Positions 17,864 to 27,515 of a DNA stretch of 53,065 bases are shown in pieces. A model generated the notes under the pieces. It made no database searches, was not told the DNA's origin, and saw only the letters and a list, made by a program, of their open reading frames with translations. Source of the DNA: an uncultured Lichenihabitans sp. (GTDB taxonomy: Bacteria > Pseudomonadota > Alphaproteobacteria > Rhizobiales > Beijerinckiaceae); assembly GCA_964249275.1 (NCBI GenBank), contig CAXUCF010000001.1, forward strand, positions 1-53,065, in the 5' to 3' direction. The translations under genes were made by a program, and so were the position numbers. The stretch's first letter is position 1, and each line of letters opens with the position of its first letter.

Positions 17864-18649
17864 TTAGGCTTCCGCCCGGCGCAGACCGGTCACATAGCCG
17901 ACAAGCGTCGGTCCATCGAGGTTTGCGACCCGCTCGTCCGCCACCTTGCGCCCCAGCCGCAGGACGAGGACCCGGTCGCAAACCTCTAGCACCTGCTCCA
18001 TGTTGTGGGTAATCAGAACGACCGCGATGCCCTGCTCGCGAAGACGCGCGATCAAATCGAGAACATGGCGGGTCTGGCGCACGCCGAGCGCGGCAGTCGG
18101 CTCGTCGAGAAACACGATCCTCCGGCTCCAGCCGACCGCGCGGCCAATGGCGACGCACTGGCGCTGGCCGCCCGAGAGATCGCGTATGCGCTGGCGGACC
18201 GAGACCGTGCCGCCCATGCCGACCTGGTTCAAGATCGCGCGAGCGCCGGCTCGCATGGCCCGTTTGTCGAGCCATCCGATCTGCCCGAGCACGGGGATGC
18301 GCGACCGGATCTCGCGGTTGAGGTAGAGATTCTGCGCGACATCGCCGTGCATCACGAGCGACAGATCTTGATGCACCACTTCGATGCCGAGTTCTGCTGC
18401 GCGCTTCGGACCGCCGTGGCCCATGGCGACGCCGCTGACCGCAACCTCGCCCTCGTCGGGCGTGTAGACGCCCGCGATGCACCGCACGAGCGTCGACTTG
18501 CCGGCGCCATTGTCGCCGACGAGGCCCACGACCTCGCCGGGCCAGACCGCGATGTCGATCCCTTCGAGCGCCCGCAGGCCGCCGAAAATCTTACCGAGTC
18601 CCGAGACACGGAGGAGCGGCGGCTCGCCCGGTTCGTGGGCTGCGCTCAT
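17864..18649 (-). CDS. Sugar ABC transporter ATP-binding protein (single NBD)
   Basis: GDNGAGKST, LSGGQRQ, FLDEPTAALG. Confidence 0.95.
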   Translation of the reverse strand: MSAAHEPGEPPLLRVSGLGKIFGGLRALEGIDIAVWPGEVVGLVGDNGAGKSTLVRCIAGVYTPDEGEVAVSGVAMGHGGPKRAAELGIEVVHQDLSLVMHGDVAQNLYLNREIRSRIPVLGQIGWLDKRAMRAGARAILNQVGMGGTVSVRQRIRDLSGGQRQCVAIGRAVGWSRRIVFLDEPTAALGVRQTRHVLDLIARLREQGIAVVLITHNMEQVLEVCDRVLVLRLGRKVADERVANLDGPTLVGYVTGLRRAEA

Positions 18650-19683
18650 TCGGCGGGCTGCCTTTGGCTTACCGCGACGGCGATCACGATGATGACGCCC
18701 TGGACCACGATCTGCTGTTGCACGGTGGCGCCCATGAGCACGAGTCCGTTGACGATCATGGCCATCAGGATCGAGCCCATCAGTGCGCCGGGAATGCTGC
18801 CCTGACCGCCGAACAGGCTTGTGCCGCCGATGACGACGCCGGCCAGCACGGTCAGAAGATCGCTGGAGCCCAGCGTGTAGACGGCGCCCTGCACCTCGCC
18901 CGCATATAGCATGCCGGCGAGCGCGGCCGTGCAGGACGAGATGACCATGACGGAGACCCGCACCCGCCGTGTGTTGACTCCGAGCGCCCGGGCGCTCGCA
19001 CCACTGCTGCCGGTCGCCATGACGCGCCAGCCGAAGGCGAGGTTGCGGTAGGCGATCTGAGCCACGACGGCGCCGATCGCGAGCCAGACGACCGCATCCG
19101 ATAGCGGACCGATAGTGCCCGAACCGAACAGAGTCGCATAGGTCTCGTTCAGGATCGGCACGTCCCGCAACTGCGTCGACATCTGGGCAATGCCGCTGAA
19201 CAGCTGCATGGTGCCGAGCGTGATGAGAAAGGACGGCACCCTTAGGCCGACAATCAGGAGTCCATTGAGCAGACCGGAGCCGACGCCCGTGAGGACACCG
19301 AAGGCAATGCCCACCGGCAGGCCAAAATGGCGGAGCCCCAAAGCCGTGAAGAGCGCCGACATGGCGACGACCGAGCCGATCGACAGATCGATCTCTCCCG
19401 CAGTCAGAACGAAGACCGCCCCGAACGCCATGAGGGCGATCGGGGTGACTTGCGAGACGATCGAGGTGGCGTTCTGCGTGCTGAGAAAGCCCTTGTCGCG
19501 CAGCGTCACGGCAAAGAAGGCGAAGACGAGTACGAAGCCGAGGTAGACGGTCAGATCAGCCCAGCGAAAGCCGCGACGGTCCGTCAGGCCGGGCGTTCGC
19601 GCCGCGGCCGATTTGTCGGCTGTGATGGTGGGCTGATCGATCATCGGATCAACGAGCCTGCATCGACCCATCTCGTCCCGCAT
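18646..19683 (-). CDS. Sugar ABC transporter permease (CUT2); start may be ATG 19644
   Basis: GEIDLSIGS, VPSFLITLG, VVIGGTSLFGG.GS. Confidence 0.93.
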   Translation of the reverse strand: MRDEMGRCRLVDPMIDQPTITADKSAAARTPGLTDRRGFRWADLTVYLGFVLVFAFFAVTLRDKGFLSTQNATSIVSQVTPIALMAFGAVFVLTAGEIDLSIGSVVAMSALFTALGLRHFGLPVGIAFGVLTGVGSGLLNGLLIVGLRVPSFLITLGTMQLFSGIAQMSTQLRDVPILNETYATLFGSGTIGPLSDAVVWLAIGAVVAQIAYRNLAFGWRVMATGSSGASARALGVNTRRVRVSVMVISSCTAALAGMLYAGEVQGAVYTLGSSDLLTVLAGVVIGGTSLFGGQGSIPGALMGSILMAMIVNGLVLMGATVQQQIVVQGVIIVIAVAVSQRQPAE

Positions 19684-19774
19684 TCCATCCGCCTGTCACC
19701 TTTCGGTTCGGTCGCTACACAGCCGGCTCAGCATCAAGATGGGCATCTGCCGTCCTCGAAGGAACGAACGTCGG

Positions 19775-20923
19775 TCACTCCTTGCCCAAGGCCTGCGTGA
19801 CTTCGGGCGGCGGCGCCGCGTGGTAGCTTTTGGCGTAGGCGTCGAGGATGCTCTCCTTGGTCACGGGAATGGCCGGCACCTGGATGTAGGCGGGAGCCTT
19901 CTTGCCGATCAGGGCATAGCCGAGCTCGGCGACCAGCGACTTGCCGATGGAATAGGGATCGTCGATCGTGAGCGCCTTGATGGCGGCGCCCTGGACGAGC
20001 GAGACCGCCACCGTGTTCGACAGATCCATGGTGCCGACCGCGATATCCGTGCGATGCGCCGTGCGGATCGCCTGCAGAACGCCGGCCGCAGGCTCGGCCC
20101 AGGGAGCGTAGATGGCCTTCAGCTTCGGGTTTTGCAGGATCATGGCGCTGGCGATCTGGACGGCACGGGCCGGGTCGGAGAAGCCTTGCGTGGCCGCGAT
20201 CTTGATCTTGGGAAATTCCTTCTCGATCGTGGTCCGAAAAGCCGCGTCGCGCTGGTTCACCACATAGGCATTGGCATCGAAATAGAGAAAGCCAATGTCA
20301 CCCTCTTCGCCGATCGCCTTGGCGAGCCCCTGCGCGGTCTTCTGGCCCATAGCGAAGAGGTCGTCGCCGACGAGGCCGACATAATCCTTCCCTTGCTGGA
20401 AGCCCGTCGGCATGTTGCTGATCAGCGCGAGCTTGACCCCGGCATCGGATGCCTTCTGGAGTGCGGGCTTCAGTTCGTCCGGGTTTACGGGCCACACAAC
20501 GATGCCCGAGGGCTTTTTGGCCAGCATGGTTCCGACCGCATGCGCCTGGTCGGAGGCGCTGTAGTTGGAATTGCTGAGGCCGGCGACCTCGATGCCGAGC
20601 GCTTTCAACTCATCCTGCGCGCCGAGCGTCACCGCATTGGCCCAATCGGAGCTCGTCTGGAACAGCAGAGCGACCGAGTACTTGCCCGCCTGTAGCTTCT
20701 TGATCTCCTTATCCGTGAAGGTCAGGACGCTCGCAGGCTCGCCCTTCGCACCGTTGGGTCCGACCGTCGAGGTCACTTGGCCCTTTAGGGCGAACTCGCC
20801 ACCCACCATGCCGTCGGCGGCCCGCACCAAGCCGGCCGAGCCGGCCAGGAGGGTGCCGGCAAGGGCGACGAACCTGATACGGTCCAATGCCGACCAGAGC
20901 GGAGTGAGTTGGCGCGCTTGCAT
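19775..20923 (-). CDS. Sugar ABC transporter substrate-binding protein (RbsB-like)
   Basis: ATG 20923 after GGAG. Signal peptide and periplasmic binding protein type 1 pattern (YVVNQRDAAF, AIYAPWAEPA). Confidence 0.9.
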   Translation of the reverse strand: MQARQLTPLWSALDRIRFVALAGTLLAGSAGLVRAADGMVGGEFALKGQVTSTVGPNGAKGEPASVLTFTDKEIKKLQAGKYSVALLFQTSSDWANAVTLGAQDELKALGIEVAGLSNSNYSASDQAHAVGTMLAKKPSGIVVWPVNPDELKPALQKASDAGVKLALISNMPTGFQQGKDYVGLVGDDLFAMGQKTAQGLAKAIGEEGDIGFLYFDANAYVVNQRDAAFRTTIEKEFPKIKIAATQGFSDPARAVQIASAMILQNPKLKAIYAPWAEPAAGVLQAIRTAHRTDIAVGTMDLSNTVAVSLVQGAAIKALTIDDPYSIGKSLVAELGYALIGKKAPAYIQVPAIPVTKESILDAYAKSYHAAPPPEVTQALGKE

Positions 20924-21013
20924 GGTATGATGCTCCAAGATTGAAGGCCGAAGCCTTCGGCTAACCGAGTTGTTGTACACGCGGCAAAGGCACGACCTGT
21001 GCCAGGCCGCCGT

Positions 21014-21778
21014 CTACGCTGGGCGTTTTCGGCCGGCGAGCCAGGTGACGAGATTGATCCAGAGCGGTCCGTAGCCCGCCCAGTTGAGAAAGGCTGGTGG
21101 GCCCCAGTGCGGCCCGCAATCGGACGAGAACACCGCACTGCGCCCCTGGCCAGGTTCACGGACCGCGATGAACGGGTCACCGCCGAAGCGCGCCAGCACG
21201 GTCGCGTCCGGCCGCGCCGTCGATCGATTGTAGCCGAGGAAACGCGGCCAGTCCGACAGGCCGGCGAGCACGGGATGGCCCGCCTCGACGATCGTCGGCG
21301 TCACGCCCTGCGGCTGCTCGTTGCGGTCGTCATGCGCGAAGAACTCGATCGGCAGCACCTCCTCGACGGCGCTCCCCTTATAGTTGCCCTTGCCCTGGAT
21401 GCCCTGAAAGGTGAGATAGCCGCCCACCATTAGGAGACCGCCGCCCCCCACGACGAAATCGCGGATGAGGTGCAGCCGATTGGGCGAGGCTTCCGAGCGG
21501 ATCGCGACACGGTCTGGCAGCAACAATGTGTTGGCGCCGATGTCGCTGAGGATCACCACATCGAACCTGTCCAGCGCTTCCCGCTCGTAGGGGAAGTCGT
21601 TCATCGCGACGTGGCTCGGCTGGTAGGTCACCTCGACACCGCCATCCCGCATGGCCGCGATCATTGCAGTGCCGCCCTCATGGTAGGACGACATTTCGAA
21701 GGAATCGAAGCCCTTGATGTGGAGACTGTGGGTCATCCACGACTCGCCGGCGAAGAGGACTTTGACAGGGCTCGGCAT
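21014..21778 (-). CDS. GATase1-like (DUF1355/STM3548-type) putative glutamine amidotransferase-fold protein
   Basis: KVLFAGESW..H..H.KGFD.F...YHEG, VVILSDIGANTLLL, GGGLLMVGGYLTFQG, SDCGPHWGP. Start ATG 21778. Confidence 0.85.
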   Translation of the reverse strand: MPSPVKVLFAGESWMTHSLHIKGFDSFEMSSYHEGGTAMIAAMRDGGVEVTYQPSHVAMNDFPYEREALDRFDVVILSDIGANTLLLPDRVAIRSEASPNRLHLIRDFVVGGGGLLMVGGYLTFQGIQGKGNYKGSAVEEVLPIEFFAHDDRNEQPQGVTPTIVEAGHPVLAGLSDWPRFLGYNRSTARPDATVLARFGGDPFIAVREPGQGRSAVFSSDCGPHWGPPAFLNWAGYGPLWINLVTWLAGRKRPA

Positions 21779-21810
21779 TGGTTGGCGCTCTCTTATCGTT
21801 CTGGCGAAGT

Positions 21811-21836
21811 CAAGCGAGCCAAGAACTGCTCGCTTG
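21811..21836. other. Intergenic hairpin between btpA and the GATase-like gene
   Basis: CAAGCGAGC-N8-GCTCGCTTG, a perfect 9-bp inverted repeat. Function unknown. Confidence 0.45.
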
Positions 21837-21974
21837 CGGAGATGAAACAGGTTGTCGCAAGCTTCTCGCTTTCGCGCCCTTGAACGGACGGGCGTCGCTT
21901 GCACAGGAACGCCACTACGCAGGGCCCGGAGCCTTCCGCGGCTGCGAAGACGCCGGTCGCCTCCGTCAGCAGCG

Positions 21975-22826
21975 TCATTGCGCGTCCCTGACCTTGCGGA
22001 CGGCCGTCATCAGTTGTTCCACCCGGCGCGGATCGACCGGGTTCCACCAGCGCCCGTCGGTCTTCAGCCACTGCCCGACGATCGCGCCGTCGGCCGATGC
22101 GAAGAGCGCCGGGACCTGGTCGGCCGAGAGGCCGGAGCCCACGATGACCGGTAGGTTCGTGCCGCTACGCACGTCGTCGACCTCGCGCGGTTCCGTCGGG
22201 GAGCCGGTGCGGGTGCCCGAGGCGATGAGCACATCGGCGTCGAACCATTCGGCGTCGGTCGCCTGTTCGGCGATGCTCCGGTCGGCGGTGATCGCATGGG
22301 CGCCGAACTTCACGTGGACGTCGGCGAAGATCGCGACTTCGTCGGCGCGAATGCGCGAGCGGTAGCGCATAGCTTCCGGGGCGGGACCGTTGAGAATCCC
22401 TTCATTGGCCACATAGGCGTTGACCCATTGATTGGCCCGCACCCAGCCGGCCCCGACCGCCTTGGCGATCCCGAGCGCCGGGATGACGCCGTTCGCCACG
22501 CAGGTGATGCCGATCGGCGTCGACACCGCTGCCCGCACGGCCAGGCAGGCGGCCGTGAGTGCCGCCACGGTCTCGGGTCCGATATGCTCGGGGCGCGAGA
22601 ACGGCATGTCGCTCGCATTCTCGAGAATGATGCCGTCGACCCCGCCCTCGCTCAGCGTGCGGGCGTCGGTCACGGCCGCGGCATAGACCTCCTTGAGGGC
22701 TTGGCCCGCGTAGCGGGGCGCTCCCGGCAGCGGCTGCAGGTGAATGACCCCCATGATGGGCTTTTTCACCGGAAACAGCGCGTCGAGCGCGTTCTGTTTC
22801 GGCGGAAGGACTCGTGGTTTTGCCAT
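21975..22826 (-). CDS. BtpA/SgcQ-family TIM-barrel protein (copy 1)
   Basis: IMGVIHLQPLPGAP, GGVDGIILEN..D.PF, FADVHVKFG, PVIVGSG, ADGAIVG..LK.DG.WWNPVD..RV. Confidence 0.92.
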   Translation of the reverse strand: MAKPRVLPPKQNALDALFPVKKPIMGVIHLQPLPGAPRYAGQALKEVYAAAVTDARTLSEGGVDGIILENASDMPFSRPEHIGPETVAALTAACLAVRAAVSTPIGITCVANGVIPALGIAKAVGAGWVRANQWVNAYVANEGILNGPAPEAMRYRSRIRADEVAIFADVHVKFGAHAITADRSIAEQATDAEWFDADVLIASGTRTGSPTEPREVDDVRSGTNLPVIVGSGLSADQVPALFASADGAIVGQWLKTDGRWWNPVDPRRVEQLMTAVRKVRDAQ

Positions 22827-22869
22827 TCTGTCTCGTTGTCCCTAACAGGGCCGGCCCCTGCGTTCTGGT

Positions 22870-23622
22870 CTATTGGCCGGCGAGGTCGATGCTGAAGCGG
22901 TAGCGGTCAGCTCGATAGTGCATGATCGCATATTCAATCGGGGCTCCGTCCGCGTCGTGCGAGCGGCGCCGGGCCACCAGCACCGGGGCACCCAGCGGGA
23001 TGTCGAGCCGGCGCGCCATGTCGGCATCGGCGATCGCCGCCTCGACGAACTCCTTGGCGCCTGCGATCTGGATGCCGCACCGGCCACGGAGCCAATGGTA
23101 GAGCGAGCCCGCGTCGAGGTCCTCCGGGGTCGGACCGGACATGTCGCCGAGCGCCGCCGGCGCGAGCCAGGCTTCCGACATGCCCATCGGCTCGTCATCG
23201 GCGAGGAGCAGGCGTCGGATGAAGAAGACCGTGGCGTCGAGATCGAGGCCGAGTGCCTCCGCGGCTTCGGCTGAAATCTTCGACGGCGCCGCGCTGAACG
23301 TGGCATACGACGCCAGGAGTCCGCGCCGGCGCATGTCCTCTGAAAAGCTCGCCAGCTGGTTGACGGGCTGTTCGACCTTGGGCTTCAGCACGATCGAGCC
23401 CCGCCCGGATTGCCGGGAGATCAAGCCGTCGTGCCGCAGCCGGTCGAGCGAAGCCCGTGCCGTGGTCCGGCTGACCTTGAAGGCGGCATTGATCTCGGCT
23501 TCCGACGGCAGGGCGTCGCCGGGCCTGAACTCGCCCGTCGTGATCGACGCGCGCAGGCGCTCCGCGATTCGGAACCACAGGGGCGTGGGACTTGAAGCCG
23601 AAAGATCGTCGTTCCAACGCAT
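22870..23622 (-). CDS. GntR-family regulator, HutC subfamily (UTRA domain)
   Basis: PGDALPSEAEI...FKVSRTTAR..L..L HTH; C-terminal UTRA (PIEYA...YRADRYRF). Confidence 0.93.
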   Translation of the reverse strand: MRWNDDLSASSPTPLWFRIAERLRASITTGEFRPGDALPSEAEINAAFKVSRTTARASLDRLRHDGLISRQSGRGSIVLKPKVEQPVNQLASFSEDMRRRGLLASYATFSAAPSKISAEAAEALGLDLDATVFFIRRLLLADDEPMGMSEAWLAPAALGDMSGPTPEDLDAGSLYHWLRGRCGIQIAGAKEFVEAAIADADMARRLDIPLGAPVLVARRRSHDADGAPIEYAIMHYRADRYRFSIDLAGQ

Positions 23623-23639
23623 GGGCGTATGGTAGGAAC

Positions 23640-23661
23640 GTCATGACAGGTTTGTCGAGAC
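23640..23661. promoter_or_regulatory. Candidate tandem GntR/HutC-type operators
   Basis: GTCATGAC (23640-23647) and GTCGAGAC (23654-23661), just upstream of the gntR start. Both fit the GT-N4-AC dyad typical of HutC-subfamily sites. Confidence 0.45.
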
Positions 23662-23958
23662 CAACTTTTAGGCGCCGGCGCTGATCTCGGCGTCGCGTGC
23701 CTGAAACCGGTCGTTCCATCCCAGGCTGACCGTCAGTTTCGACTTGGCTTGCCGGGGTCGTGGGTTTCTGAAACGGTTAGCCGGTCACGATGGTCGGGTG
23801 TCTGGCTTACCCGAACAGATCGGGAGGGGTGCGTGTCACGCTCGCGTTCTCGCTTCGCCGCCGGGCATCACCTACGTCGAGATCGTCAATAAGCTTTCGA
23901 CTACAGAAGCGACTGCAGCCTCGGCTCCTGAGCCCGGGGTGCGATCGAGGGAACCAAT

Positions 23959-25413
23959 ATGACGACCATGACGCCCGACCTCGTTCGCACCTACCTGGAC
24001 AGCGACGCCCTGCGGCTCGCCGGCTTGGTGCGCAGCAAGGCCGTTACACCGACCGAATTGACGGAAGTCGCGATCGGCCTCATCGAAGAGGTGGATCCCA
24101 GGCTCAACGCGGTCGTGATCCGATCCTTCGACATGGCTCGGGCCCGCGCCGCCCAGCCACCGGGCGACGGTGTTTTCGAGGGCGTACCCTACCTTCTCAA
24201 GAACATCGGCTCGCAATGCGAGGGTCTGCCGATGACCAACGGGCTCGAATACCTGAAGGATTACATCAGCACCGCCGATTCCGAGATGGTCCGCAAGATC
24301 AAGGCCGCTGGCCTCAACATCCTCGGACGCACCAACGTCCCGGAGAACGGCTGGTGCATCGCAACCGAGCCGCGCTATTACGGCCCGACGCTCAACCCCT
24401 GGAATACGGCCGTCACACCCGGGGGATCGAGCGGCGGTGCGGCCGCGGCGGTCGCGGCCCGCATAGTGCCGATGGCGGAGGGCACGGATGGGGGTGGCTC
24501 GATCCGGGTGCCGGCGGCCTGCTGCGGGCTGGTCGGGCTGAAGCCCTCGCGCGGGCGCATCACCTATGGACCCGAAACCGTCGATATCTGGTTTGGCAGC
24601 GTCTACTTCTTTGCGCTGACCCGTACGGTGCGGGACACCGCGGCGTTTCTGGACGTAACGGCCGGCAATCTGCCGGGCGATCCGTATACGCCGCCAAAAC
24701 CGGATTCGAGTTGGCTCGCGTCGCTCGCCGATCCGCCAAAACGGTTGAAGATCGGCTTCACGCTCACCTCGCCCTGGGGACCGGCCTTCGCGCCCGAGGT
24801 GATCCAAGCCGTGAAGAGCACTGCGGCGCTCCTCGAGCAACTTGGCCACCATGTTGAGGAACATCAGTTCACGAGCGACATCGAGACGCCCTGGTTCGAA
24901 TACAACAAGATGAACGCGGTCCAGACCGTTCTTGACTTCGATCAATTGGCCAGGACTGTCGGCCGTCCGGTGCAGAAGTCCGACCTTTTCGCCTTCAACT
25001 GGGCGCTGCTCGAGCGCGGGCGTTCGCTCTCTGCCACCGAGCATGCCGCCGCCGTCAATGCCATGCGCAAGGCGAACCAGCAGATCCAGCTGGAACTGCA
25101 GCCCTACGATCTGTTCCTGACCCCGACCCTCACGCAGCCGCCGCGCCCCGTCGGCTATTGGGACATGACCGACCCAGACGTCGACCGCTACAATGCCAAA
25201 TGGTCCGACGCGGCCTTCATGTTCGCGTTCAACGTTTCGGGTCTCCCGGCCATGTCCCTGCCAGGAAGCTGGACCAAGGACGACGTGCCCATCGGTGTGC
25301 AATTCGTCGGTCGCTACGGCGATGAGGCGACGATCCTGCGGGTCGCGGCGCAGGTCGAGGAAGCCCGGCCGTGGATCCAGCGCCGCCCGGCCATTTGTGC
25401 AGCCGCACGATGA
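23959..25413 (+). CDS. Amidase-signature family amidase
   Basis: GVPYLLKN (Lys), TPGGSSGG, GTDGGGSIRVPA (Ser-cisSer-Lys triad). Confidence 0.93.
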   Translation: MTTMTPDLVRTYLDSDALRLAGLVRSKAVTPTELTEVAIGLIEEVDPRLNAVVIRSFDMARARAAQPPGDGVFEGVPYLLKNIGSQCEGLPMTNGLEYLKDYISTADSEMVRKIKAAGLNILGRTNVPENGWCIATEPRYYGPTLNPWNTAVTPGGSSGGAAAAVAARIVPMAEGTDGGGSIRVPAACCGLVGLKPSRGRITYGPETVDIWFGSVYFFALTRTVRDTAAFLDVTAGNLPGDPYTPPKPDSSWLASLADPPKRLKIGFTLTSPWGPAFAPEVIQAVKSTAALLEQLGHHVEEHQFTSDIETPWFEYNKMNAVQTVLDFDQLARTVGRPVQKSDLFAFNWALLERGRSLSATEHAAAVNAMRKANQQIQLELQPYDLFLTPTLTQPPRPVGYWDMTDPDVDRYNAKWSDAAFMFAFNVSGLPAMSLPGSWTKDDVPIGVQFVGRYGDEATILRVAAQVEEARPWIQRRPAICAAAR

Positions 25414-25440
25414 ACGAAGACGAGCGCCGCGAGCCGCTGC

Positions 25441-26178
25441 TCAGGGAGCGCCGTCCGACGGCTCGACGCGGAGACGACCCCGCTCTGACAGGATGGCGGT
25501 GAACTCCGAGCAATCGGCGAAATAGGCGGCCTTGACCTTGTCGAGCTTGCTCGAGTCGATCACGAGGTAGCTCTCGGCGGCCTTGTCGATCACGGCCCGC
25601 TTCATGCCGATTTCGGAAAAATTCGCGCAGCTCACGCCAAGTCTCGGGTGAACGCCGCCGGCCGAGACGAAAGCCTTGTTGACGCGGACGTCCTTCAGGA
25701 TGGCAGGGCCGTGCGGGCCCGAGAATGAGGCTGTGCTGCTCTCGTAGTGGCCCCCGGTCAGCATCCAGCGGATGGTTGGCACGCGGGCAAGGATCGATGC
25801 GACGTTCATCGAGAAGCAGACGACTGTCAGATTGAGATCGGCCGGCAGCCGACTGGCGATGTGGCAGGTCGTGGTTCCGCTGTCGATGAAGATCGTGTCG
25901 TCCCGCTCAATGAGCGGCAGGGCATGGCCGCAGGCCGCGATCTTGGCGTCGAGATGACTGTCCTGTTCGCTGTCGAGCGTGTAGGGGGCTTCGGGATCGG
26001 TGGCGGCGATGACATGACCGCCCAGGATCGCGAGACGCCCGTTGCTGCCCGCGATGTCGCGCCGAACCGTCATTTCCGATACATCGAACAGAGTTGCGGC
26101 CTCGCTCAGCGCGATGAGGCCGCCTGCCTGCACCCTGTTGAGCAGGCGCGCCACGCGCCCGTCCGTCTTGCCGCCCAC
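25441..26178 (-). CDS. DeoR-family transcriptional repressor
   Basis: AATLFDVSEMTVRRDI HTH, DTIFIDSGTTT, KAFVSAGGVH, LVIDSSK. Resembles deoxyribose-operon-type repressors. Confidence 0.92.
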   Translation of the reverse strand: MGGKTDGRVARLLNRVQAGGLIALSEAATLFDVSEMTVRRDIAGSNGRLAILGGHVIAATDPEAPYTLDSEQDSHLDAKIAACGHALPLIERDDTIFIDSGTTTCHIASRLPADLNLTVVCFSMNVASILARVPTIRWMLTGGHYESSTASFSGPHGPAILKDVRVNKAFVSAGGVHPRLGVSCANFSEIGMKRAVIDKAAESYLVIDSSKLDKVKAAYFADCSEFTAILSERGRLRVEPSDGAP

Positions 26179-26218
26179 GTCGATCCCCTTTCCGCAATGG
26201 CGATGCTCCGCCCAATTT

Positions 26219-26234
26219 TGTGACCTATTTCACA
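26219..26234. promoter_or_regulatory. Candidate DeoR operator 1 (TGT-N10-ACA)
   Basis: TGTGACCTATTTCACA, near-palindromic; also fits TGTGA-N6-TCACA. Confidence 0.6.
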
Positions 26235-26341
26235 TGGATTGCCCAGGCTTCAACCTGTCTGTCGTTTCGATCTACACAGTCGTCTTGACGACCTATGTCT
26301 TGCTCACAGCACCGAAGAGCGCAGCTTGACAGCCCTGAAAA

Positions 26342-26357
26342 TGTGAATAGCGTAACA
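26342..26357. promoter_or_regulatory. Candidate DeoR operator 2 (TGT-N10-ACA)
   Basis: TGTGAATAGCGTAACA, 123 bp from operator 1, just downstream of a TTGACA hexamer and upstream of the SBP gene. Confidence 0.55.
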
Positions 26358-26399
26358 TTTACATTGTAGCGGGTGGCTCGTCGAGACAGAGGATCGATC

Positions 26400-27503
26400 A
26401 TGTCGAAGCGTTTTGGTTTCGTTGTTGCCGCGGCGCTCGCCGCATCGGGGCCGGCCTGGGCCGAGGACAAGCAGCCCGTGACGCAGAAGACCTGCACGGA
26501 GTTGCTGTCCTCCTACAAATCGCTCCCCTTTACCGACGTCCTCCCGATTCCCGAAGGCCCGGTCAGCATCCCGGGCAAGACGGGCGACCTCACGATCGGC
26601 TTCTCGCAGACGGCCTTCAATCATCCCTGGCGCGTCGCCATGCTGGCTGCTCTTCAGGCGGAAACCTGCCGCCATCCCAACATCAAGCTCATCGTGCTCG
26701 ACGGCAATGTCGACGTCGCTAAGCAGAGCAACGACGTGCGCGATCTTCTGGCGCGTGGCGTCGATGCGGTGCTGCTGAGCCCGGTCGAGTCGGCCGCCCT
26801 CGTGCCGGCGGCCCGCGCCGTAATGGCGGCCAACATCCCGCTCATCGTGATGGATCGCGATGTCCCGGCCGACAAGACTCTGTTCATCGGGCAGAGCAAC
26901 GTGACCATGGGCGAGGGCGTAGCCGAAAAGATGGCCAAGGACCTCGGCGGCAAAGGCAACATCGTCGTGATCACGGGCCTCAAGGGCTCCTCCCCGGCGG
27001 TCGACCGCGACCAGGGCATGAAGAACGTCCTCGCCAAATACCCGGATATCAAGGTCCTGGCGACCGGTGACGGGCAGTGGATCCGCGACCCGGCCGTGCC
27101 GATCATGGAGGATTTCCTCACCGCCTATCCGAAGATCGACGCTGTCTTCTCGCATGCCGAGGAATCGTCCTGGGGCGCCCAGCTCGCCGTGGCGCGGGCC
27201 AATCGCTGCAAGGACGGCATCAAGCAATATACGTTCGACGGCTCGAACGCCGGGTTCAAGGCCGTCAAGGCGGGCGCGTTCCAGGCGGACGGCAACTATA
27301 CACCCTTCATCGCTGACATCGGCCTACGTGCGGCGCTCTACTCGCTGATGAAGAAGCCCATTCCGGGCGAGGCCGCCTATAGGTTCCCCGGCCACCAGCT
27401 GGTGCTGCCCGACAGCCCGACCGTCGTGGCCGACAACGCCGATCAGTGGATCGGGCGGGGCTGGGGCGATTTCGAGCCCACACCGGACCCCTGCAAGAAG
27501 TAA
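26400..27503 (+). CDS. Sugar ABC transporter substrate-binding protein
   Basis: ATG 26400 after GAGG. Signal peptide; IGFSQ..FNHPWR, LLARGVDAVLLSP, IPLIVMDR. Confidence 0.92.
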   Translation: MSKRFGFVVAAALAASGPAWAEDKQPVTQKTCTELLSSYKSLPFTDVLPIPEGPVSIPGKTGDLTIGFSQTAFNHPWRVAMLAALQAETCRHPNIKLIVLDGNVDVAKQSNDVRDLLARGVDAVLLSPVESAALVPAARAVMAANIPLIVMDRDVPADKTLFIGQSNVTMGEGVAEKMAKDLGGKGNIVVITGLKGSSPAVDRDQGMKNVLAKYPDIKVLATGDGQWIRDPAVPIMEDFLTAYPKIDAVFSHAEESSWGAQLAVARANRCKDGIKQYTFDGSNAGFKAVKAGAFQADGNYTPFIADIGLRAALYSLMKKPIPGEAAYRFPGHQLVLPDSPTVVADNADQWIGRGWGDFEPTPDPCKK

Positions 27504-27515
27504 GACGCGATACTC

